Assembly: GCA_964607485.1 (NCBI GenBank)
Contig: CAZSKP010000035.1
Span: 22,650-44,703 of the forward strand
DNA length: 22,054 nucleotides
Direction of reading: 5' to 3'
Source of the DNA: an uncultured bacterium
Lineage (GTDB): Bacteria; Abyssobacteria; SURF-5
The position numbers and the translations under genes are program-made. This document shows, in pieces, positions 14,754-22,054 of this stretch. Positions within the stretch are counted from its first letter, which is position 1; every line of letters begins with the position of its first letter. The notes beneath the pieces were generated by a model. That model was not told where the DNA came from, ran no database searches, and was given only the letters and a program-made list of their open reading frames with translations.

Positions 14754-15902
14754 TCATGCGCCGAGGGCGATTTCGGCTATGTCTTTGACCTCGATGCTCC
14801 CCTCCAACCCTTCGGCCCTGAGGGCATCCTCGAACATCTTGGCGCAATTCGGACAGGCCACAGCCAATATTTCCGCGCCGGTGTCCAGCGCTTCCTTTAT
14901 GCGGACCCGCGCGGGAGCGCCCTCGCCGGTTCCGATGACGTCGGTGAAGAAGTTGCCGCCGCCTCCGCCACAGCACAGCGAGTCCTTTTTGTTCTTGTCC
15001 ATCTCCATCAATCTGAGGCCGGGAATGGCCCTCAGCACTTTTCTGGGGGCGTCGAACTCGTCGTTGTGCCGGCCGAGATAGCAGGGGTCGTGGTAGGTGA
15101 CCTTGGTTTTCGACTCCGAAAAAGCAACCGCGCCCGATTTGATGAACCGGCTCAGCGCCTGCGTGTAGTGTATCACCTCGAAATCCGCGCCGAGCCGAGG
15201 ATATTCATTCTTGAACGCGTTATACCCGTGGGGCGAGAGCGTAATGACGCTCTTCACGCCAAGCTCTTTGAACGTCCGAATGTTGTTTTCCGCCAGCGTC
15301 TGGAAAAGCTCCGATTCACCCAGTACCCTTACCTCATTTCCGTCGCATGCCTCCTTTTTGCCGAGGATACCGAACGAAACGCCCGCCTCTTTCAGCACGG
15401 TCGCAACCGCTCGGGCTATCTTTTTCCCTCTCTCGTCGTAGGAGCCCACGCAGCCGACGTAGAGCAGATAGTCCTGCCCCGAATACGGTTCGACGCCGAG
15501 GCCGTCGGCCCATTTGCCTCGGTCCTCGCCCGCCTCTTTGTACGGGTTCCCGTGGGTGTGAATCCCCTTGAGATAGTCCCTGACCGACGGCGGCGCGAGC
15601 CCTTGCTCCACCATTTCACCCCTCGCGGCCACGAAGATGTTGACGAGGTCGGCGTTGAACTTGAACACGCAGTGCTCGACGCAGTTCCCGCACGTGACGC
15701 ATGAGTAGAGGATTTCCGCGAGGCGCTGGCTCGGCTGAATCTCGCCGTTGAGCCACCCTCTCAGGAGCCACATCCTGCCGCCGGGCGAATAGGTCTCGAA
15801 CCAAAACTTTCGGTAGGTGGGGCAGTTGAAGTCGCGATAGTCGCGCGTGAACTTGCAGTAGCCGCATCGAAAGCACCGGTGGATAACGTCGGCGTATTCC
15901 AT
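14754..15902 (-). CDS. (Fe-S)-binding oxidoreductase subunit, HdrD/GlpC-like (4Fe-4S dicluster + CCG domains)
   Basis: CFRCGYC...CP, CVTCGNCVEHC, YVGC, YHDPCYLGR, CCGGGGG, ACPNC. Confidence 0.9.
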   Translation of the reverse strand: MEYADVIHRCFRCGYCKFTRDYRDFNCPTYRKFWFETYSPGGRMWLLRGWLNGEIQPSQRLAEILYSCVTCGNCVEHCVFKFNADLVNIFVAARGEMVEQGLAPPSVRDYLKGIHTHGNPYKEAGEDRGKWADGLGVEPYSGQDYLLYVGCVGSYDERGKKIARAVATVLKEAGVSFGILGKKEACDGNEVRVLGESELFQTLAENNIRTFKELGVKSVITLSPHGYNAFKNEYPRLGADFEVIHYTQALSRFIKSGAVAFSESKTKVTYHDPCYLGRHNDEFDAPRKVLRAIPGLRLMEMDKNKKDSLCCGGGGGNFFTDVIGTGEGAPARVRIKEALDTGAEILAVACPNCAKMFEDALRAEGLEGSIEVKDIAEIALGA

Positions 15903-17282
15903 CTATCTCACCTCCCAGTTGCCGGGGTTCATGATGCCGTTGGGGTCGAGGGCCGCCCGGATTCTGTTCATCAGCTTGAGCGTCTTCGGGTCCATCTTTT
16001 CGAGAATGAGTTGCTGGGCGGGCTCTTCGGCCTTCCAGGGTATTCCGCCCAATTCGAGCGCTGCCACGTTGCTGTCGTGCAGCGCGCGCTGGGCCCGCTT
16101 GACGTCCTCGTCGTCGGCCCGGTTGAAGGCGTAACCGTATGCGAACATCATGCAGTGGCCCCGGCCGATGACGCGGGCGGTCAGGGAGTACGGCATGTCG
16201 TGTTTCGCAGCAATCTCGACCCCCGCCTTGTGCGCCTTCGAGAAAAGCTCAAGCGGCATGATAGCGCCGACGTATTCGAATCCGCCGCCCTTCCTGGTGT
16301 CGGCGAACTTCGTCATCTCTCGAATGGGGGTCTCGAGGAAGCGGCCCTTGGCCATTGTCGGCATAAACATGAAGCCGCCCTCTTTGTCGTCGATGTAGCT
16401 GCGGAGCGTCTCGCGGATGGTTCGCTTCTTGAGATTCAGCTCCTCGTCGGAGTTCGCGGTCACGTAGATGAGCGTGAGCTGAAGCCCCTCCATGTAGGGC
16501 GGAAGCTGCGAGGCTGTGACGTTCAGGTCTTCCGCCATCTCCGTGCCGGTGACCTTGAAAAGTATGTCGGTGAGGTAGTCGGGGTTCTCGGTCAGAAACG
16601 CCATCACGTCCTTCTTGGCCGGCTTGGGATAGAGCTTGATGCCCATCTTGGTGACGACTCCCGTCGTGCCGAACCACCCCACGAACAATCCCGCCAGGTC
16701 GGGTAGCGGAGACCGTGAGAACCAGTACGGCGAGGTCGAGCACGAACCGATCTTGCACACCTCGCCGGTGGGCAGCACGACCTCGAGCCCGTTGAGCATT
16801 TCGGAATGGAAGCCGGTCGCCTGCGACAGGTGACCCGAGCCGTGAATCAGCACGTTGCCTGCTATCGTAGCCGTAGGCGGGGCATCGGGAAGGGAATGTT
16901 TCAGATGAGGATGGTGCTTATTGAGATACGCCTGCAGCACCCCCTGCGAAACGCCCGCCTCGACGACCACGTACCGGCTGGTCTCGTTCACTTCAAGGAT
17001 GCGGTTCATCCGCTTCATGTCGAGCACGATCCCCTTCTTGAGCGGTCGAGACAGGCCCGACAGCACCAGCCCTCCGCCCAGGGGCACGACGGGAATCTTC
17101 TCGCGGTTGGCCAGGTGCACCACCGCCTGCACCTCCTCGACGGTTGAGGGTATCGCCACGAAGTCCGGCTTTCGGGGCTCCATCGTGCCGGGGTCGCGGG
17201 AGTAAATGAAAAGCTCCTCCGGCTGATTCGACACGTACTCCTTCCCCACTATCTCGGCTAATGCCTCATGTACACGTTCCAT
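15903..17282 (-). CDS. FAD-binding oxidoreductase (FAD_binding_4, GlcD/VAO fold)
   Basis: PSTVEEVQAVV, PLGGG, DMKRMNRILEV, VEAGV, GLEVVLPTGEV, GTTGVVTK, C-terminal LDPNGIMNPG; abuts Fe-S genes on both sides. Confidence 0.9.
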   Translation of the reverse strand: MERVHEALAEIVGKEYVSNQPEELFIYSRDPGTMEPRKPDFVAIPSTVEEVQAVVHLANREKIPVVPLGGGLVLSGLSRPLKKGIVLDMKRMNRILEVNETSRYVVVEAGVSQGVLQAYLNKHHPHLKHSLPDAPPTATIAGNVLIHGSGHLSQATGFHSEMLNGLEVVLPTGEVCKIGSCSTSPYWFSRSPLPDLAGLFVGWFGTTGVVTKMGIKLYPKPAKKDVMAFLTENPDYLTDILFKVTGTEMAEDLNVTASQLPPYMEGLQLTLIYVTANSDEELNLKKRTIRETLRSYIDDKEGGFMFMPTMAKGRFLETPIREMTKFADTRKGGGFEYVGAIMPLELFSKAHKAGVEIAAKHDMPYSLTARVIGRGHCMMFAYGYAFNRADDEDVKRAQRALHDSNVAALELGGIPWKAEEPAQQLILEKMDPKTLKLMNRIRAALDPNGIMNPGNWEVR

Positions 17283-17285
17283 CGG

Positions 17286-18329
17286 CTACGCCCCCAATCC
17301 TTTCAACTGCTCACCCAGAGCGAGACGGCACAGGTCGCTCAGGAGCAGCGGCATCATGCCGTTTGCCGCAACCATCTCTCCAAGCATTATGAGGCAGAAT
17401 TGACAATTGAACACGCAGGCGGTGGCCCCGGCGTCGGCCATGTCGTCGAGGTTCCTCTTCTGGAGATCCTCGGCGAGGTCGTCCTTGCCCTGTGACAGCA
17501 GCACTCCGCCGCAGCATAGCGCGTTCTCGCCGTCGTACTTCCTCTTGACCCGCTCGACTCCGATCAGTTCGAGGATGTCATCGACATAGTGTTGTGTTTC
17601 GGGAATCAGGCGGTTGGAGCACGGGCGCTGGTAGGCGACCTTCAGGGGAAGCTGTTTGATCTCGCTCTTCAATTCTTTCATCCTGCCGAGGACGAAATCG
17701 AAGAAATGCACCGGTTTGAAGGGAACGTCGATACCGAACGCAGGAGCCCACGAGGTCAGTGTTCCATAACACTCGTCGTGGAAACAGACAACTTCTTGGA
17801 TGTTGTTCGGTTCGAGATAGTACTTCGATATGTTCTCGATGCTTTTCGGGAGCCTCTCCTTGATGACGGAATTCTTCGCGAAGTGCAGAAACATGAGGTT
17901 GCAGAAGATGTCGTTTCCGGAAACGGTGGAGACATCTTCAAAAATCTTCCCCTGGATCGAATATTTCTCGAACATTCCGAAGGCGCAGAGGTCTATGAGC
18001 GGAGACTTCAGCTCCTGCTGCTCGACCGTTCCCCTGGGAGCCATCATCCTCACCTGCTGTTTCTCTATCGGCTTCGGAGCCGGATGGAAACCCCTCGCCT
18101 CCTGCAGCTCGACAAGCTGGTAGAACGGATGGTTTCCGTAAGGGCAATATTCCTCGCAGGCGTAGCACGTGGCGCAGTCCCTGAGCACCTGGGAATCTTC
18201 GCCGCGGATGATTTTCCACCTCTCCTCCTTCGCCTTCTCCAGATTCAGGTCCATGTACTGGCATCTCACGAGACAGTCGTAGGTCTCGCAAGACGCGCAC
18301 ACATTCTCATCGAACTTTAGCTGATACAC
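17286..18329 (-). CDS. (Fe-S)-binding protein with ferredoxin-like N-terminus and CCG domain(s), 347 aa
   Basis: CASCETYDCLVRC, CATCYACEEYCP, CFHDECY, YQRPC, LCCGG, FNCQFC. GTG 18329 has AAGGAGG 7 nt upstream. Confidence 0.87.
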   Translation of the reverse strand: MYQLKFDENVCASCETYDCLVRCQYMDLNLEKAKEERWKIIRGEDSQVLRDCATCYACEEYCPYGNHPFYQLVELQEARGFHPAPKPIEKQQVRMMAPRGTVEQQELKSPLIDLCAFGMFEKYSIQGKIFEDVSTVSGNDIFCNLMFLHFAKNSVIKERLPKSIENISKYYLEPNNIQEVVCFHDECYGTLTSWAPAFGIDVPFKPVHFFDFVLGRMKELKSEIKQLPLKVAYQRPCSNRLIPETQHYVDDILELIGVERVKRKYDGENALCCGGVLLSQGKDDLAEDLQKRNLDDMADAGATACVFNCQFCLIMLGEMVAANGMMPLLLSDLCRLALGEQLKGLGA

Positions 18330-18359
18330 GTGACCGCCTCCTTCGCATTCCCGTGTTTC

Positions 18360-18443
18360 TGTCATCCTGAACGAAATGAAGGATCTTGTCTTTCGTCGGA
18401 CTTACCGCAATCCTTGAGATTCTTCGCTGCGCTCAGAATGACA
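18360..18443. repeat. REP-like palindrome of the GTCATCCTGA...TCAGAATGAC type
   Basis: TGTCATCCTGAACG...CGCTCAGAATGACA termini, with inner GAAGGATCT/AGATTCTTC arms. Confidence 0.75.
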
Positions 18444-18562
18444 TTCATTTGCCTGCCCAGGATGACAATCGTTTGCTTGCTCCGGGTGACAACCGTTTGC
18501 TTGCTCCGGGTGACAACCGTCACCTACTCAGAATGACAGCCTATGCTTGCTCCGAGTAGTAA
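18444..18562 (+). repeat. Degenerate 23-24-bp tandem repeat, about 5 units
   Basis: TTCATTTGCCTGCCCAGGATGACA, ATCGTTTGCTTGCTCCGGGTGACA, ACCGTTTGCTTGCTCCGGGTGACA, ACCGTCACCTACTCAGAATGACA, GCCTATGCTTGCTCCGAGTAGTAA. Confidence 0.8.
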
Positions 18563-18564
18563 CG

Positions 18565-19809
18565 TCAAGCCTTCAAGATGGTCACCGACAAGGCCGCCTC
18601 GGTGCCGCCGACGCTTCCTCCCGCGTTCTGGGCGAGGCCCACCTTGGCGCCCTCCACCTGCCTTTTGCCGGCTCGCCCGGTCAGGTGCCAGTACAGCTCG
18701 ACGACCTGACGAACGCCGGTGGCTCCCACCGGATGGCCCTGCGACTCGAGCCCTCCCGAGACATTGACCGGCATCTTCCCGCCAAGCGTGGTGTGGCCGC
18801 CCTCGGCAAACGGGCCGCCCTCGCCTATCGGGCAGAAGCCCAAGTGTTCGGTGGTGGCAAGCTCGCCGAACGCCGTGGCGTCGTGCAGTTCGGCCACGTC
18901 TATGTCGTTGGGGCCGACGCCCGCCTTCTCATAAGCCTTCCCCGCCAGCTTCGTCAACGTCGAATCTTCGCCTTCCTCTCTGTCCTCTCCGCTGGCCAGA
19001 ATACAGGCCGCTACCTCAGGCGCGCGCTTGACCCCAAGCTTCTTCGCAAAGTCCTCAGAACAGATGATGGCCGCAGCGGCTCCGTCGCCAATGGGCGAGC
19101 ACATGGGGCGCGTCAACGGCCAGGCCACCTCGGGGGCGTCGAGCACCTCTTGCACGGTGAACGTGGTCTGGTACTGGGCGAGCGGATTCATGGAAGAATG
19201 AAAGTGGTTCTTGGAGGAAATCGCCGCCAGTTGCCTCTGGGTGGTGCCGTACTTCTCCATGTGCCGCCGTGCGACCCACGCATAGACGTCCATGAACACG
19301 GTGCGCTGTCCGGATTTCTTCTTCTCCTTCTCGCCCCTGGCCTCGCGGGCCTTCTTTATCTGCTCCTCCTCCTGCCTGGACGCTTCCATGAACTGGGCTA
19401 CCGTTTCGACATCCATGCCGCCCATGAACGCCTTCAGCACGCGGCTGCGGTCCTCGAAGTACATCTTCTCCATGCCCAGCACAAGCGCGACGTCGATCTC
19501 TCCCAGCGCCACCATCGCCCATGCGCCGTTCAGCGCCGTGGCCGACGACGCGCAGGCGTTCTCGACGTTGATGACCGGGATGCCGCCGATTCCCATCGCC
19601 CGTAGCACGACCTGCCCCCGGACGCATTCCTGGCCCTCCATCACTCCCTGCGACGCGTTGCCGACCCACGCACCCTGAAGGCGTTCCTTTGCGATGCCGG
19701 CATCTTCGAGGGCGCCTCCCACGGCCTCGGCGACAAGAGACTTCATGTTGCGGTCGAGGTGTCTTCCGAACTTCGTCACCGCGCCGCCTATGATTTTCAC
19801 TTTCCGCAT
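18565..19809 (-). CDS. Thiolase-family protein, SCP2/SCP-x type (414 aa)
   Basis: VENACASS, MCSPIGDGAAA, ELHDAT, VNVSGGL, GHPVGATG, QNAGG; GAGGAG RBS before ATG 19809. Confidence 0.92.
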   Translation of the reverse strand: MRKVKIIGGAVTKFGRHLDRNMKSLVAEAVGGALEDAGIAKERLQGAWVGNASQGVMEGQECVRGQVVLRAMGIGGIPVINVENACASSATALNGAWAMVALGEIDVALVLGMEKMYFEDRSRVLKAFMGGMDVETVAQFMEASRQEEEQIKKAREARGEKEKKKSGQRTVFMDVYAWVARRHMEKYGTTQRQLAAISSKNHFHSSMNPLAQYQTTFTVQEVLDAPEVAWPLTRPMCSPIGDGAAAAIICSEDFAKKLGVKRAPEVAACILASGEDREEGEDSTLTKLAGKAYEKAGVGPNDIDVAELHDATAFGELATTEHLGFCPIGEGGPFAEGGHTTLGGKMPVNVSGGLESQGHPVGATGVRQVVELYWHLTGRAGKRQVEGAKVGLAQNAGGSVGGTEAALSVTILKA

Positions 19810-19847
19810 GCTGCAATTCTCCTCTTCGGTGTCGCCGGACTGCCGGC

Positions 19848-20843
19848 TCACCGCTCTATCGCAGGACCTTTGGCGCCGGGACGGAACCACGCGACGGGCT
19901 TGGCCTCGCGCGCCGCTGCGCCGTGCTGTTTGAACGCCGGGTAGCCGAGCGCGATGGAAGCGACCACCTTGTAAGGCGCTTCTATGCCCAATCGCTCCAT
20001 GACTTCGGGCATCATGTTGACCAGGCCGATAAACCCGACCCAGCACGAACCCAGGCCGAGCGAGTTGGCCACGAGCGTCATGTTCTGCCCGCAGATGCCG
20101 ATGTTTATCTCCGGCCCGCTGACGGCGCGCTCGTCGCCCAGCAGGACTATGACCGCGGGAGCGTCCAAAAGGGCGGGCAGAACGCCCTCGCCGACAAAGT
20201 GTATGCCGGCCTGGACGCGCGGGTCGAACAGCCCCGGCTGCGGGTCGGCCTCGTACTGCGCCGCAAGCGTCTCGAGCATTTCGTCGGTGCGGTACATCAT
20301 GCTCACCATCTGCGCCATCGGCTGGATGCGAGCGGCGATGTCGTCCAACAGCGCCTTGTCGGTGATAACGATGAAGCGCCACGGCTGGCAGTTGCCCGCG
20401 CTGGGAGCGTGTCGGCCCGCTTCGAGTATCCGTCGTATCAGGTGGTCGGGCACCGGCTTGTCCTCGAAGTTTCTGACGCTGCGGCGTTCGAACACCGCCC
20501 TCTCCACCGCCGTGTATTCGGTGGGGTTGCCTTCGGCGGCGAGCGGCGGCGCGGGCGGCATGTACGGAATATCGGCGGGGGTCGTCTCAAAGTACCCCTC
20601 TTCAACATAGAACGTTTCCTTTATCGAAATGGCGTCCGTCGGGCAGGTGACCACACAGTTCGAGCAACTGACGCACATTTCGCTACCCATGTAGGCTTTG
20701 TCGTTGTCATCGAGGGCCGGGATCCCGCCGGGGCAGTTCTGTGTGCACTGTCCGCAGCCGATGCATTTTTCGGCGTCGATCTCGATTTTTCCCCAGTGAA
20801 TCTTGGGACGGAACATGTCCATGTACTTCTTGTCCAAACTCAT
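19848..20843 (-). CDS. Nitroreductase-family protein with an N-terminal 2x[4Fe-4S] ferredoxin domain (331 aa)
   Basis: CIGCGQCTQNCP, CVSCSNCVVTCP, RRSVRNF, APSAGNCQPWRF, LGLGSCWVG, IALGYP; GGGAG RBS before ATG 20843. Confidence 0.92.
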   Translation of the reverse strand: MSLDKKYMDMFRPKIHWGKIEIDAEKCIGCGQCTQNCPGGIPALDDNDKAYMGSEMCVSCSNCVVTCPTDAISIKETFYVEEGYFETTPADIPYMPPAPPLAAEGNPTEYTAVERAVFERRSVRNFEDKPVPDHLIRRILEAGRHAPSAGNCQPWRFIVITDKALLDDIAARIQPMAQMVSMMYRTDEMLETLAAQYEADPQPGLFDPRVQAGIHFVGEGVLPALLDAPAVIVLLGDERAVSGPEINIGICGQNMTLVANSLGLGSCWVGFIGLVNMMPEVMERLGIEAPYKVVASIALGYPAFKQHGAAAREAKPVAWFRPGAKGPAIER

Positions 20844-20884
20844 GCTGACGTTCTCCCTTCTCCCGGATGCGCTATCCGGCGAAG

Positions 20885-21487
20885 CTATTTCTTCTTCAGG
20901 AGCGTCTCGGTGTAACTGCTGAGCGTCTCTCTGGCCCAGCGGGTTGCATGTTGGTCGCGGTCGAGAAACCACCGCGAAACCACGCCCTGGCAGAGCGCGC
21001 AGATGGCCATGGCGCTCTCTTCGGGGTCAACGTCGGCGAAGTCGCCCCGCTCGATGCCGTCCTCGATGGCGCCCTTGATCAACTCCGCCCAGCTCGTAAC
21101 CCATTCATGAAAGAGGTTGTGAAACGTTTCCTCGTACACCGCCCGCGCCATGCATTCGAGATACAATGGATAGCCGACGCTGAAGGTGGGGTCGCTCTCG
21201 TCAAACAGCCCGTCGCCGACGGAGCGCAGTTTTTCCAGCGGGTCGTCGTGGCGGGCCATGGCGCTCTTGCTGCGTTCGAAAATCTGCCGGAAAAATTCGC
21301 GGAACACGGCGGCGAAGAGTTCGTTTTTCGTGGGATAGTAGTGCAGCACGGCGCCCTTCGACAGGCCGGCCTCGGTCGCCACGCTCTGGATGCTGACGTT
21401 ATAGCTGCCGTTCTTGGCGATGAGGCGGAGAGCCGCCTCGATGATTTGGCTCTGCCTGACCGGCTCGATACCAACCTTCGGGCTCAC
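20885..21487 (-). CDS. TetR/AcrR-family regulator (BetI-like C-terminus)
   Basis: RQSQIIEAALRLIAKNG...VATEAGLSKGAVLHYYPTKNELF HTH; GIERGDF. Confidence 0.92.
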   Translation of the reverse strand: MSPKVGIEPVRQSQIIEAALRLIAKNGSYNVSIQSVATEAGLSKGAVLHYYPTKNELFAAVFREFFRQIFERSKSAMARHDDPLEKLRSVGDGLFDESDPTFSVGYPLYLECMARAVYEETFHNLFHEWVTSWAELIKGAIEDGIERGDFADVDPEESAMAICALCQGVVSRWFLDRDQHATRWARETLSSYTETLLKKK

Positions 21488-21534
21488 AATTCACTGCCTT
21501 TTGTTGGCGACGCGGGGAATGTTGGGCGGGGTTT

Positions 21535-21579
21535 AAACCGTCTGGACGGATTATAAAAAATGACTGCGACAAATGTCAA
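21535..21579 (-). promoter_or_regulatory. Consensus sigma-70 promoter with an overlapping palindromic operator upstream of tetR
   Basis: TTGACA (21579-21574)-18 bp-TATAAT (21555-21550) on -; palindrome AAACCGTC-TG-GACGGATT at 21535-21552 covers the predicted start site. Confidence 0.8.
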
Positions 21580-21662
21580 GAAGAAAATGCGTACGAGCTG
21601 TCGCCAACCGGGAGTAGTCTGAAAGGGCTATCGCGATCTTTCCAGTTGTTTGGGCAAGTACT

Positions 21663-21739
21663 AACCACCAAGGCACAAAGGCCCAATAAAGACCCTTTCT
21701 TGTTTCCTTTTTTCTTTGTGTCTTGGTGTCTTTGTGGTT
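21663..21739. repeat. Palindromic element with 9-bp periodic arms
   Basis: AACCACCAAGGCACAAAGGCCCAATAAAG ... CTTTGTGTCTTGGTGTCTTTGTGGTT. Confidence 0.65.
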
Positions 21740-21783
21740 CAAAATGCCAACAGCGGAACTTCATTCAGCCACAGAGAATTTAG

Positions 21784-21944
21784 TTCACGGTTTCCGGTCT
21801 CCGGTTTGAACCGTAAACCGTAAACGTCAAACCGTAGACCGATTTCGTCCTTCGCCCTTCGCTCTTCGTCCTTCGTGATCCTTCGTGCTCTTCGTGGATA
21901 AATCCTTCCAATCCGCAATCCGAAATCTGCAATCCGGAATCGAA
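21784..21944. repeat. Cluster of short tandem heptamer/nonamer repeats
   Basis: TTTCCGG-like and AAACCGT-like arms (21784-21841), TTCGTCC-like run (21844-21899), AATCCGC-like run (21901-21944). Confidence 0.7.
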
Positions 21945-22054
21945 AAGCCTGGCGCTCCGGCGCCGGAGGTGTGTGCTGGCAGAGCGCGCCCTTCTCGTGC
22001 GCGCTCCTGTGAACTGGAGACAGGCGACCCCTTCTCGTCCGCCCCGGCCCCCAT

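Noticed and set aside
18330-18365. ATG 18365 as start of the CCG protein
   Set aside because: That ATG is part of the REP arm; GTG 18329 has a strong AAGGAGG RBS.
18444-18562. CRISPR array
   Set aside because: Units are contiguous and degenerate with no unique spacers, and no cas genes are present.
19810-20382. 605-aa extended thiolase
   Set aside because: The extension overlaps the nitroreductase gene in another frame; thiolase similarity and the RBS begin at 19809.
21551-22054. Short ORFs 21551..21742, 21576..21764 and 21827..22054
   Set aside because: Largely translations of repeat DNA (HKDTKTQR, CRFRIAD, STKSTKDHEG); a gene end entering from the right edge cannot be excluded but is unsupported.

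Overview
Bacterial DNA of fairly high GC, probably from an anaerobe given the Fe-S/CCG-rich gene content, with two convergent blocks. Left block (+ strand): a complete sigma-54 promoter (three phased activator-like palindromes, an exact IHF consensus, a -24/-12 element) with a divergent atypical-receiver regulator cut off by the window edge. It drives a tight cluster: small hypothetical protein, KamA-family lysine 2,3-aminomutase, two Ddl-like ATP-grasp ligases, a GNAT and a GNAT-HDAC fusion. A zinc-ribbon protein, MFS transporter, small winged-helix protein and a Ktr/Trk K+ uptake pair follow. This cluster is the best candidate for an uncharacterised system, possibly making and reversibly acetylating a beta-lysine-containing small molecule. 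Right block (- strand): a TetR-led catabolic/redox cluster (ferredoxin-nitroreductase, SCP2-type thiolase, two CCG Fe-S proteins around an atypical FAD oxidoreductase, DUF1847, CMD/AhpD, long acyl-CoA dehydrogenase). Intergenic DNA holds several REP/MITE-like palindromes, two nested elements flanking the acyl-CoA dehydrogenase, a 64-bp relic of a homologous Fe-S gene end, a 24-bp tandem array and heptamer repeats. No rRNA, tRNA, CRISPR or transposase was recognised. Family assignments come from motif recognition by eye, not database searches.
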